Source of the DNA: Tubulanus polymorphus
Taxonomy: Eukaryota > Animalia > Nemertea
Reading direction: 5' to 3'
Length of the DNA stretch: 64,000 nucleotides
NCBI RefSeq assembly: GCF_964204645.1
Contig: NC_134029.1
Span: 13,170,850 to 13,234,849, forward strand
Below the pieces are notes generated by a model that made no database searches, was not told the DNA's origin, and saw only the letters and a list, made by a program, of their open reading frames with translations. This document shows, in pieces, positions 39,026 through 51,354 of this stretch (position 1 is the first letter of the stretch; every line of letters starts with the position of its first letter). Position numbers and translations under genes: made by a program.

Positions 39026-40100
39026 ATGAAAAAAGAACAATTTTTAAGAGATTTATATTATAACCCAGAGAGTGAAGTATCATATTCTAGTGTTTCAGAA
39101 TTATGGGATAAAATAAAATCTGATAATGAAAATATAAAATATAGTGAATTAAGATTATGGTTACAAAATCAACCAACATATCAAATCCATAAGAAAATGG
39201 ATAAAAATTATCTAACACGAAAAGTTATGGTTTCATATATTGATCAACAATGGCAAGCGGATTTAATTGACACGAAGAACTTAGAGGAATACAACAAAGG
39301 ATATTTCTGGATATTAATTATTCTGGATTAGATATATTCAGTAGATACGCATGGAGTATAGCAATCAAAAATAAAACTGGTATAGAAGTTACTAATGCTT
39401 TTAAATCAATATTTAAAGAAGCTGTTCCAGGTAAGATACAATTCGATGAAGGTAAGGAATTCTATAATAAACATTTTTTTAAACTATTATCTGAAAACGA
39501 TGTAGAGTATTTTTCAACACACTCAGATAAAAAAGCATCTATTATAGAAAGGTTTAATAAAACATTGAAAACTAGAATGTGGAAATATTTTACTGCTAAT
39601 GAAACATATAAATATATCGATGTGTTAGATGATTTAGTGAAAAAAAAAGGTTATAATAATTCTAAACATAGTTCTATAAATATGAAACCAATACAAGCTA
39701 GAAAATAGGATAATTCAGAAACAGTTTGGAATAATTTATATGGTGCGTTTGTAACACATGATTTTGGTGAACCTAGATTTAAAATTGGACAACATGTAAG
39801 AATATCTAAATATCGAAAAACATTTCATAAAGGTTGTACTCCAAATTTTACTGATGAAATATTCAAAATTAAAAAGATAATATTAACTAAACCTTTTGTT
39901 TATAAATTAGAAGATTTAAAAGATGAAGAAATATTAGGTTATTTCTATGAACAAGAATTATCACTTGTACCGAATCCAGATGAAATAGAATACAAAATAG
40001 AAAAAGTATTGAAAACAAAGACTCTTAAAGGAAAAAAGTATTCTTTAGTGAAACATAAAGGGTATGATGATAAATTTAATGAATGGATTTTATCTAGTAA
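39026..40100 (+). pseudogene. Integrase with chromodomain, frameshifted
   Basis: QWQADLID, DIFSRYAW, FDEGKEF, IIERFNKTLK. Confidence 0.88.
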
Positions 40101-40112
40101 ACTTGTTAGTTA

Positions 40113-40694
40113 AAATATGTTAGTTACTGGAGTAACCAACTGTGGCAAAATGCATTTCATATTAGATTTATCAGAAACTAATTATAAGAATCATTTTTTG
40201 ATTACATAATATTATTTTGCCCTACTTATGAAATGAATAAAACATATAATAGAGATATAGTTCAGATAAAAAAGTTTATTATATTAAATCCTAAAACAGT
40301 AAAAGAAAATTTAGATAATTATATTAAAATAGCAATTGATATTTATAAAGGTTCAAATACATTATTCATTATAGATGATTGTGCTAATTTACATGATTCA
40401 AAAGTTAGAGAAAGTGAACTATGTTATCTAGCTTTTTCTGGTAGACATTTTGGGATAACAACGTGGGTTTTAAATCAAGAATATAATTCAATTGTTAAAG
40501 ACTTTAGGGAGAATATAAGATTTTTAGTTTTATTCTACAATAAAGATAGAAAATCTATGCAACAATCATTGGAAGAGAATCAAATTATACCTACTGAATT
40601 ACATGATGAATATATGAATAAATTAAAAAGTAAAAAAGGTTCAAAATTACTTCTGAGGCTTCAATTTCCTTATGAGTATAAATTTATAAAATAA
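40113..40694 (+). pseudogene. Packaging ATPase, start deleted and frameshifted
   Basis: TGVTNCGKM remnant followed by ORF 40233-40694 with Walker B and GRH. Confidence 0.85.
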
Positions 40695-40712
40695 GGTATT
40701 TTAAGCATTGAT

Positions 40713-41169
40713 GTATTAGATACGTATTAGATACCTTAATACGTATTAGATACATAAATACTTAAATACGTATTAGATACGTATTAAATAGGTATTAGGT
40801 ACCTTAATGCTTAAAACCCCCTTTTTAAAAAATAACTATTTATATATCATTGTACGAGTGTATGAATTGGACGAATGGACGAATGGACGAATGGACGAGG
40901 GTAACATATATAATTTACATATGTTTTTTATTTAAAAAACAGTACGAGTTTGATTTAAAGTTATTTCATTAATTTTACATAAGATTTAAATATTAGTTTA
41001 ATAAAATATATATATTATGTTAAATTTAATATAGAATACAAATATTATATTTATACTCGTACTATTTTTCCAATTCGTATGTTAAAAAGTAAAATATATA
41101 TATTATTACACTCGTCCATTCGTCCACTCGTACCATTCTTCCAATTCTTCCATTTCGTCCACTCGTCCA
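40713..41169. repeat. GTATTAGATAC array plus inverted GGACGAAT arrays around an AT-rich core
   Basis: gtattagatac repeats at 40713-40805; ggacgaat array at 40868-40900; reverse units ctcgtcca/ttcgtcca at 41111-41169. Confidence 0.8.
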
Positions 41170-41187
41170 TCAATATGTAAATAGAAA

Positions 41188-41970
41188 TTAATCTTTTTCA
41201 TTTTCATATTTTTCTTTAAGCTTTTTATATTCTAACAATATATTCCCTTTCATCGGCATTGTTATAATTCCTAAATGATTCCCGAGTTTATATTTATAGA
41301 ATGTTGCCCTTGAAAATATTTTTGGAATATAATTTTCGATTTCAGTTTTAGATGGATGTTTATTTAAGTTCAAATAAGTTCATTGCATAAGTTACATTTG
41401 GTTTAAAGTTATCTAACTTTTTCAATATGGTAACTATATCATTACTCGAGAAATAATCTATAAATGTTTTTCTGTACCACCAATAATCTAATATATTCAT
41501 TTTTTTGAATTTTGGATTTATAATTAATGGATTTTCTATTACATTATCTGTACCTATATGTTTAATTGAGTATTTATGATTCAATTGTTTATCATATATT
41601 ACATATTCTTTACATTTTTCACACCAAGGTTTAAATACTTGTATAGCATGGGCTGAATCATTTCCACCTTTTGTTTTTAATTTATAATGTTTCGCCCAAT
41701 TAGTCTTTGTAATACATTCATTACAGAAGGCACAATAATTTAGTTCTTTGCATTTATCTTTATATATATTAGCATATGTTTTTACAAATTGTAAAATGTG
41801 TTCAGCTTTTTTGATGTGCAATAAATAATCATTATAATTATCAAAATCTTCTTCACAATACATACATCTAATGATATCTTTTGGTTTAACATTTGATTTT
41901 TCTATTTTATAGTTAGAGGTAGATTCTGTTACATCTTCTTTTTTAGGTTCAATATTATCTTCTTTTACTT
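41188..41970 (-). pseudogene. Zinc-finger viral protein, 5' truncated
   Basis: ORF 41360-41863 with three CxxC/H motifs. Confidence 0.78.
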
Positions 41971-42381
41971 TTGTGTTTTCTTTCCGATATTTCTCTCTTC
42001 TTTTCGAGAAAGAGCTATCGAATAATTCCCTCTCTTCTCCACAATCAATTTCAAAGTCAATTTTATGAATTTATTGGTCAGCGGGTCCGAGTCCAAGAGT
42101 TTACGAGTCCGGCGTTTGCGTGTCTGACAGGTTTACGGACATTTGTTTGTTACCTCTTTAATATTTTTGATTTCTTGTTATTCCGGTTATTTTATTTAAG
42201 TATATTGCTGATCAGTTCATGTAACCAAAAGCGTCAATAAACAGATTTTGAATTGATCAAGTTTAAATCAAGGTCGTTGAGTCGCGGAAGGCTACTAGAA
42301 TTACGTTGAGCTCAGACCACTATTCCAAAATCTTCTATATCCTATAGTAAAAACAAGAAATTCGAGAGTTTAGTTCATATA

Positions 42382-45360
42382 TGAAAGGCTGAATCCAAGA
42401 ACATGTCTATCACACTTTTGAGCCCAAACGTCTACTTTTTCTACTCTTAGTAGCCACTTGAGAACAATAAGCAATTAACGATATCAGCTACTTTTCCAGT
42501 AGTATACATTTCAAAACAGTCACTCTGAAATAGTATTCCTTTCAATTCGGTTGGTTTTCTATAGTAACTGTTTCGAAGAGTCTACTATTGAAAAGTGACC
42601 ATTTTAAAACATCTGGTTTCGATAGTGCACACTAGCAGTAGAGGTGACTGTAAAACCACCCGCCTGTAAACAGTGACTTTGTGATAGTAACTCCTACCGT
42701 AGCAGCTACTCTCAAAACACATCGTTTCTAAAAGTCAACTATTGAAAAGTGACCATTTTGAGATGGCATGGTAATTTCCTGTTCAAAATAGCAGCATCTG
42801 TTAAAGATTTGCAGTGATACGTGACAGGTTCAAAGGTACTGTTAAACCCCATATGCTTTATATACAGAACTCTGTATGCTTTGAATACAGTTCTGTGAAT
42901 AGAAAATCAAAGTTTTTGAGTTGCCAAGAATCCCCTAAATTATATAACGCTCAACAAAATGGCAATATCCAATAGGAAAACTATTGATTCATATATCATC
43001 ATCATGGATTAAATCCATTAATACTAAAATATAGTGCCAGTCCTAGAATCTTTAGAATTTTAAGATTTTTGTTTTACATTTGCGATTATAAAACATTCTG
43101 GTGCGTTCATAAATCTTTGATTTTGTAGAAAAGAAAGACAAAAAATAAATTTGTCTTTTAGGCTTAATTTGTTTTTGAGGGTATATGAGAGAGGAATATA
43201 CAAATAAAATCGTATGTTCATAAAATTAATTATGAAAAAAATGTATCTAAACTACTTAGAATTAACCTTGAATTTATTGTTTATTTCGATACAAACGATT
43301 TTTAAGTAATCCATGTGATGTTCACTTTTTCACGCTGTTCTCTGCTTGTTCATTGATGAATATTGAATCGTTTTATCGCTTGCTAGAAGTGATACCCTAA
43401 TCAAAATCTTATTTCGTAGTTATACGGTTTGGTTGAAATGAAATTACCAACTTATTATAAAAGATCAAAGGATTAGCGTATAAGAGTTGAGTGTTGAGAT
43501 GTTCACGTAATTTTGAAATCAGCAATTTCATTTGATAGAGAATACTTCGTTTGGCTTAAGAAGTGAAAGAAATGTGATAGGCTGTAATTTCAGTTTCACA
43601 TACTTTCCTTCTTAGTTCCTACCCAGGAGCAGCTATCGGTCAGCAGGTCAATTACACTGGCTAACTAGACAGTGATTGATGAACGAATGAACTAACTGCA
43701 CTAACCACCAAAAGACTACGAACCAAAAGTAATTACCTCTCAATAGTAATAAACTTAGCACCGCAATATCTCTATGAGACTTTATTTTATTTTTCTGAAT
43801 CGATGAACCAATGAATCGCTGAATTATAAGATAATCATCAGTTTCCTCCAACTAAACTCTTTTTCTCAAATTATCGTAAACCAACGTTACCAATACTTGA
43901 ATTTGGAAGCGAATGCGGGCTAGAACCAACAAAGGTACCGGTTTAAGGTGCAGATATAGAGGGAATCCCTCTCATAGGGACCAACACGGTTGTATATCCC
44001 TTCTGTGCCGAAAAGTAAATAATTTTCGATCTTAACGGCTACAGGACCCGAAGAAGTCGAATAAAATACTCTAAACCGTGTTAACTGTAGACAAATGAAG
44101 AAATTCCACAATAGAATTTTGTATCATGAAATTTAGTAAAGTTGAACCACAACGTTTCGGCTGGTGACTGACAGCCATCTGACTAAAAGCCCTTATCACT
44201 AGAAATGTCTACATTCTACCTGATGAAGGCTGTTAGTCAACAGTCGAAACGTTGCGGTTTCACCTTTAATAAATTTTATCATATTTAAAATTCTATTACG
44301 GGATTTCTTCATTCATGACCCCGGTGACGATCACCAAAGGCCGTTACCGTAATCCAAATGAAATCTTGAATACCATACTAAGTTTCTTTTAAAAGATTTG
44401 ATCAAATATGGGCTCAATTTAGATAATTTCTTTAGAATGTTTAAAATCCACACGGATATAGCATATTTTGTTTTAAAAAAAAGATCAATGATTTCAGGGA
44501 AATTCGAACACTCCGAAATGCACATCTTAAGATGCAGAGACATCCAGGCCCCAATTGAAAATAAACGACCATTTCAATAATGAGATGTTATAGCCTGAAT
44601 TTATGATTGCGCCTTTAATCTAAGAATATACCAAAAATAAATGCAGACCTATGCTTGAAAATAGCTGCATTTGTCGGTTATAAATCATATTGCCATGAAA
44701 AGAAGGAAATTTCGATTTATTTTAACACTACATAACTATTGACAATTTGTAAACAAATTCAACTCCAATTTCGACTTTTATTGGTAAGAGTTGGGAATCG
44801 ATCATCACATTTCACATCCTCAAAGAGTATCTACAATATCTTCAGATCTTAACTGAGTCACTCTAAATAGAACTATACCCCAAACTATAGCATGAGTAGA
44901 CTTTTCAGTATGTTTATATTGTCAAGTATCACTGCAAATCTGAAGCATATGTTGCTACAGTGTATTTATAACAGGGAATCTGGCAAGTGATCTCAAAATG
45001 GTCACTATTCAATAGTTGACTTTTAGAAACGATGTGTTTTGAGAGTAGCTGTTACGGTAAGAGTTACTATCACAAAGTCACTGTTTACAGGCGGGTGGTT
45101 TAACAGGCCCCCCATTGCTAGTGTGCACTATCGAAACCAGATGTTTTAAAATGGTCACTTTTTAATAGTAGACTCTTCGAAACAGTTACTATAAAAAACC
45201 AACCGAATTGAAAGGAATACTATTTCAGAGTGACTGTTTTGAAATGTATACTACTGGAAAAGTAGCTGATATCGTTAATTGCTTATTGTTCTCAAGTGGC
45301 TACTAAGTAAAAGTAGACGAGCAAAAGTGCGATAGACATGTTCTTGGATTCAGCCTTTCA
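42382..45360. mobile_element. Non-autonomous DNA transposon with ~385-bp TIRs and TA target duplication
   Basis: TGAAAGGCTGAATCCAAGAACATG...CATGTTCTTGGATTCAGCCTTTCA; TIRs at 42382-42765 and 44990-45360; the empty site is visible in the paralog at ~46757-46773. Confidence 0.9.
44097..44312. repeat. Inverted pair of Penelope-type terminal repeats with a hammerhead-like core
   Basis: Long imperfect palindrome; CTGATGA-stem-GAAAC at 44220-44250. Confidence 0.5.
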
Positions 45361-46692
45361 TATAAGCGCGTAAATTCAGGGGAAATCCTGCTTATGGCTC
45401 ATAGGCCAGCATCTTAGCTACGCATTGAAGTGGTTTTCGCCCCACATACCCAACCTAACTTTTGAAATAATCAAACCTTTAGAAAGGAGGTGTATCCCAG
45501 TACATCCGAGCCAAATATCTAAGGGAATCCCCCACCGTGTTTGGTACTCTTACTCGAAGCAAAAAAAGTCCAGGGAATCCCTTATTTCATCATCAATCTG
45601 TCTCTCAGGATCAATGGATTTCATACATATAACTGAAATTCGTTACCTATCCCATTTGCAGAAATTATGGCAACATTTATGGGGGACCTCTTCTTCACTC
45701 TAGGTACAATTTTTGGGGTGCGGCCCTACGCATCTTCGAGCTACTAACCTAATTGTGGTCTGATGCCTGACTAGTACCCAAACTTAAGAATAGCATTAGT
45801 TTTTTTTACAGATTTAGAAAGAGTGGAGACACCCTAGTTATACAACGCAATACAATAGCTCTCGGCCAATTACACATGGAAATACATACTAATGCACAAA
45901 TCGCGCGTATGCGACAAGATCCAAATTTTCTATCAATATCATCTAAGTCAAACATTCATTTCAAAATATTAATAAAACAATTATACAGCATTTTCTGAAT
46001 ACTTGATAGGTTTTTTCACTGATGGATATAAATATATGGCTATGGATAAAAATCAGAAACACAATCTTTAAGCATTTTTTGAAAAAAATGCCATTTTACA
46101 TCATCGAATTGGCTGAAACCTTTAGATTTGGCGTTTTCTTGCCCAGAAGGCCTAATTCGAATGCACCCTACTGCGTCCACAGGCCTTTGGCCGGGACGAA
46201 TTTTATATACCAAGCGTAGTTGTCACCAGTAATAGTTAGGAAAAATATCACAACTGGCCTCTGACAATGTCCTTTCGGTTGCCATGGTTTCAACGAAAAC
46301 ATGCATTTCCTCTACCCCTTAAATTCCTGACAGTATCTGGCACCAAAAAGTCAGCCAAACTAGATAACTAAATCAAAGAAAGCTGAATTAATGTGATTAT
46401 TCTGCATGGGCAAGGATGGCCTTTATGAAATAAACTTATGAGCCTAGACCGAGCCTCCTACGAGAAAATATCTTACGATTCATGCCTAAAAATTGACCGA
46501 AATCTGCGCTTCTAGCCTTCTTCAAGCAAAAATATTACCAAATCCTACCATGAAACTGATTAAAATCAGCAAATTAGGTCTCAATGAATGCCTCAAGACG
46601 ACTTATATGTGCAAAAGATGTATAATATAAAAATTATTTGTGAAATTTCATCAAAACCTCAAAATTTGTCATTTTTGCTTGATTGGCTGTCA

Positions 46693-47185
46693 GAGCTCAG
46701 ACCACTATTCCAAAATCTTCTATATCCTATAGTAAAAGCAAGAAATTCGAGAGTTTAGTTCATATATAAGCGCGTAAATTCAGGGGAAATCCTGCTTATG
46801 GCTCATAGGCCAGCATCTTAACTACGCATTGAAGTTGTTTTTCGCCCCACATACCCAACCTAACTTTTGAAATAATCAATCCTTTAGAAAGGAGGGGTAT
46901 CCCAGTACAGGTATGCCAGTACATCCGAGCCAAATATCTAAGGGAATCCCCCACCGTGTTTGGTACTCTTACTCCAAGGAAAAAAAGTCCTGGGAATCCC
47001 TTATTTCATCATCAATCTGTCTCTCAGGATCAATGGATTTCATACATATAACCGAAATTCGTTACCTATCCCATTTGCAAAAATTATGGCAACTTTATGG
47101 GGGACCTCTTCTTCACTCTAGGTACTATTTTTAGGGTCCGGCCCTACGCATCTTCGAGCTACTAACCTAATTGTGGTCTGATGCC
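46693..47185 (+). repeat. ~490-bp direct repeat of 42308-42381 plus 45361-45775 (uninterrupted copy)
   Basis: Near-identical sequence gagctcagaccactattcc...gtggtctgatgcc. Confidence 0.9.
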
Positions 47186-47385
47186 CGTTCGTCTCAGAGA
47201 GAAAACAAACGACAGAAAAGTATCAGGTGATTATCGATAGCCTACTACGGTACACACAGTTGACTAACAGTGTTAGGCCAGTGCCACTAACTATACTGGT
47301 TGGTCAGTTGGTTCGGTTGTGAAGTGTGGAAGCTAAGAAAGCCTACCGCAGTACTGGTATTTATTTGTCTATAGGCCTATTATAT

Positions 47386-47795
47386 GGTAGCCAATACCAT
47401 TTTTAGTACGTAGTTGTTACTCGTACGTGACTGTATGGTGATCTCCACAGGTTAACCGTACGTGAGTTCCCTACTAACGCCGTACGTGAGTTCTTAGTAG
47501 CCAATACCATTTTTTAAGTACGAAGTTGTTACCCGTACGTGACTGTACGGTGATATCCACAGGTTAACCGTACGTGAGTTCCTATAATCTGCAAACGCAT
47601 GCGTAAAAGAATAGAGTTTGGGTTAGGTGAGGCTAGGCTATTTGTAAATCAAACCACCCTGCAGTTACGTTCTGTGGCACAGTGGGTAAATCACTGGACT
47701 ACTACTGGATTTTTTTTTCGTTTGGTTTCGAATCCCAATATTGCAAGTCTGCGCGTCAACGTACTCACATACGGCTAACCTGTAGAAATCTCTAA
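47386..47795. repeat. Tandem ~110-bp repeat plus inverted copy flanking a tRNA-like A/B box (MITE/SINE-like)
   Basis: Two copies of gtagccaataccattttt..cacaggttaaccgtacgtgagttcc; reverse copy at 47760-47795; tggcacagtgg and gtttcgaatccc in between. Confidence 0.55.
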
Positions 47796-48167
47796 ATCTC
47801 TAAATTCACAGCTGTTACAGCTGTTACTATGACGCCGAGACATATGACTCATTATTACAAACGTGCAGAGAACACTCTAGAACCGGAACCAGATGACGTG
47901 GCAAGAAATGAACAGACGCTGCAACATTGTGCTCAGGATATTCTATCTCTCGAAACGAAATTAGGAGTTTATAGTTTACAATTATAAATCTAAATGTAAG
48001 TACTGTTTGTTGTAGTTATTAGGGCTATTAAATATGAAACCTTTAGATATATTTAAGAGTATTTAGTATATCTTTTAGATGGCTAGAGTTGCCGCTAATA
48101 TCTGTTAGATTAATAAAACGCCATACGCATCAAGAAGCGATAGAGAAACTCAAGATACTCTTTCTGA

Positions 48168-48656
48168 CTGAGGAATCAACAGCAATGGATATCAAACCAA
48201 TAGAATCGCCAAAAGATCGACGAAGAAACTATAAGAATTTCAAAAACATTAAGACTCCAATGATTAAGTTTAACATTTGTTGATGTAGTTAAATATTTAC
48301 CAGCAATTGAAAAAGTGTTTGTAATTATAAATTGTATTTATAGAAATCAAATGATGTATTGGAAGAAACGACTGAACAACTTGTATAATGTATTGTGTAA
48401 ATCTGTTTGGTTCTGAGGAATCAACAGCAATGGATATCAAACCAATAGAATCGCCAAAAGATCGACGAAGAAACTATAAGAATTTCAAAAACATTAAGAC
48501 TCCAATGATTAAGTTTAACATTTGTTGATGTAGTTAAATATTTACCAGCAATTGAAAAAGTGTTTGTAATTATAAATTGTATTTATAGAAATCAAATGAT
48601 GTATTGGAAGAAACGACTGAACAACTTGTATAATGTATTGTGTAAATCTGTTTGGT
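48168..48656 (+). repeat. Near-perfect tandem duplication, period 245 bp
   Basis: ctgaggaatcaacagc...aaatctgtttggt starting at 48168 and 48413. Confidence 0.92.
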
Positions 48657-48696
48657 GAATTTTTATGTTCAGTCGTTTCAATAATGATTCGTTTCA

Positions 48697-49348
48697 ATTA
48701 TGATTAGCGCATGCGCATTAAGCAAAAGCGCGCATGAATGCGCGGTTTGCCTAATGCGAACACGTTTAGATATTTTCTGTGTTCGGTTGTTTCCATTTTA
48801 CACAATTTACATAATGAATATATAATTATGATTAACGCATGCGCATTGATCAAAAACGCTCCTATAAGAGCGGTTTTGCCTAGTGCACATGCGTTTGAAT
48901 TTTCTATGTTCAGTTGTTTCTATTTCACAGAATGAATATATAATTATGATTAGCGCATGCGCATTGATCAAAAACGCTCCTATAAGAGCGGTTTTGCCTA
49001 GTGCGAACACGTTTAGATATTTTATGTCGGTCGTTTCTATTTTACAGAATTTACAGGATGAATATATAATTATGATTAACGCATGCGCATTAAGCAAAAA
49101 CGCTCCTATAAGAGCGGTTTGCCCAGTGGTATTATTTAGATATTTCATGTCGGTTGTTTCTATTATGATTAACACATGTGCATTAAGCAAAACCGGACAT
49201 CAATGGCCGCATGTGACGCATGTAACGCATGTGTTGTTTCTATTTTACAGAATTTATAGAATGAATATATAATTCTGATTAACGCATGCGCATTAAGCAA
49301 AAGCGCTCATGAATGCGCGCTTTTGCCCAGTGGTATTATTTAGATATA
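48697..49348. repeat. Six ~95-128-bp tandem units, each with a CGCATGCG-type palindrome and usually a hairpin
   Basis: Units start attatgatta-like at ~48697, 48825, 48943, 49069, 49162 and 49272. Confidence 0.88.
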
Positions 49349-49464
49349 AAGGAATCGAAACAACTTATCAAAAGCAGCGAGGAATGAAAAAGGATGACGT
49401 TGGTTGAAGAAATGGAAGAGGATTCTAAAATAGTAACCAATTTAGTAAAAAATGCATATAATAA

Positions 49465-50137
49465 ATGGAACCAGAACAACCACAAATTATCAATATTACA
49501 AATAACACTGCTGGTGTTATAAATATAAACTACAAGAAGTGTTCTAAGCGTGAAATAGATAAATTAGCTATAACAGAATTTAGTAAGCGTAAGATTAGCA
49601 AAGATGGTTTTCAATATTGCTGTAAAACTTGTTTTAAACTATATACCAAACAATATCGAGAAGATAATAGAGAAGCTTATAATGATTATATGACAGAATA
49701 TATGAGAGAAAGATATCAAACAGATCTTAATTTTAGATTAAAACAATGTTTATGGTCTAGATTAACACAATTATTCAACAAAGAAACGCATTCAGAAACA
49801 CTATCTAATTTATTGGGTTGTTCAGATGAATTTCTCAAATCATGGATTATATTTCAATTCGATGATAAAATGAATATAGATAATTATGGGGATTATTACC
49901 ATATTGATCACGTGTTACCAATATCTAAATTTAACATGAATGATGAATACAATAAAAAACTTATTTGGGGTTGGAAAAATTTAAGGCCTTTAGAAAAGAA
50001 AAAAAAATCAAATCAAATCTAATAAACTAGATTTTCAGTTATATTTGGATCAATTAGATAAAGCAAAGAAATTCATTGAATTATGAAACAATGATCCAAA
50101 TAATGAACAATATGTTGAATCTTTAGTGAGTCGTTGA
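49465..50137 (+). pseudogene. NCLDV-type HNH endonuclease with N-terminal Cys motif, 3' frameshift
   Basis: KKCSK..F....SKDG..CKTC; LGCS.EFL...QFDDKM..DNYG.YYHIDHVLP..F...NLRPL. Confidence 0.82.
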
Positions 50138-50384
50138 AGAATAATATAATTTAAATAAAATATAATAAAAATTACATACCTTCAACTATCTATTATTTCT
50201 ATTTTAATTTTTAATATTTCTTTTCAAAAAGAGAATACTTTATATCACAAATAAAAAATACTAAAAAAACAATAACTAATACTAAAATTCTTTACCTTTA
50301 ACTAAGCTAGTATTAATCTAAAGAGATACTGGTATCATTTTATAATACTTATAATATTTTTCTTATTAAATTTCTCTAATATGA

Positions 50385-50966
50385 ATGTCAAAGAAATCTA
50401 ATAAGAATAGTATTGATATTGAAAAAACATTAGATGATTTGGGCATTAGTGATAATAAGGATCCAGTTGTTTCTAATTCTATTCAAGTTAATAACAATAT
50501 AGATTATGAATACTACTTATATTGTAAGCATCATCTTCAATTATTAATTGCTGGCGGGAAATCTAAGGATTTCTTGGGGAAAATTTTAACTTATCAAGAA
50601 CTAGATGCTATGAAACCCGATAAAGTAATAAAATATTTTAAGATTTATGAAGAAGCTAGATTAGCTAGAATAAATGATTCTATTTCAGATGGTATTGTCA
50701 AATGTTATTCTAAGTTATGTAACCAGTTTATACCAATTGCTGATGAAAATAAATTATATAGTGATTTGAAAAATGACTACTTAGTTATGACTGAATTACA
50801 AAAATGGGTTGGATATGCTTCATTTCAATTAGGATCGGTTATGACATTAATTTCTACTGGCGTCATAACATTTTCGAACATCAAACCTATGGAATATAAA
50901 TCAGGTAAGAACGAAACAGATGTACTACAACCAAACGTCGAAACAGAAAATGAATCAGAACAATAA
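50385..50966 (+). CDS. Conserved Polinton protein X, function unknown
   Basis: Intact 193 aa; homologs in copies 2 and 3. Confidence 0.8.
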   Translation: MSKKSNKNSIDIEKTLDDLGISDNKDPVVSNSIQVNNNIDYEYYLYCKHHLQLLIAGGKSKDFLGKILTYQELDAMKPDKVIKYFKIYEEARLARINDSISDGIVKCYSKLCNQFIPIADENKLYSDLKNDYLVMTELQKWVGYASFQLGSVMTLISTGVITFSNIKPMEYKSGKNETDVLQPNVETENESEQ

Positions 50967-50979
50967 TTAACTAAAATAA

Positions 50980-51348
50980 ATGAGTGATAGCGTTAAGAAG
51001 AAGCCTAGATCCGAGAAACAAATTATATGGGCAAGAGAATTAGGTAAAAGATCTTCAGAATTAAAAAAAGCTAAGAAAAAGAAATTAACTGATATAAATG
51101 AATCACAGAAATTATCTGATATTGATTCAAATAATAATCCATCTAATTCTTCTAATGCTGGAAGTAATTATAAATTATATATTACAATTGGATTAGTAAC
51201 AGTTATTATATTATCCGGTGTAATATATAAATCAAAATTCAAATCTGATGATAAATATGATTCCAATGACAATAAGCCTATTATACCAGAAAATAAGTCA
51301 AATCATAAAACCATTGAAACTAAATCTAAATTATTATTAATGGATTAA
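50980..51348 (+). CDS. Small basic single-TM protein Y
   Basis: Intact 122 aa; basic N-terminus; TM LYITIGLVTVIILSGVIY. Confidence 0.78.
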   Translation: MSDSVKKKPRSEKQIIWARELGKRSSELKKAKKKKLTDINESQKLSDIDSNNNPSNSSNAGSNYKLYITIGLVTVIILSGVIYKSKFKSDDKYDSNDNKPIIPENKSNHKTIETKSKLLLMD

Positions 51349-51354
51349 AATACG

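Larger units (their letters stand above)
32505..41970. mobile_element. Endogenous Polinton/Maverick-like virus, copy 3 (small ORF-PolB-HNH-X-Y-INT-ATPase converging on ZnF)
   Basis: Colinear with copy 2; truncated within the ZnF gene. Confidence 0.9.

Noticed and set aside
47663-47740. tRNA gene
   Set aside because: A/B-box-like motifs only, with an internal T-run and no acceptor stem; at most a SINE-like remnant.
48697-49348. Repeat array as a CRISPR array; ORFs 48807-49190 and 48883-49272
   Set aside because: Whole units are homologous, with no unique spacers and no cas genes, in a eukaryotic context; the ORFs are by-products of the repeat.
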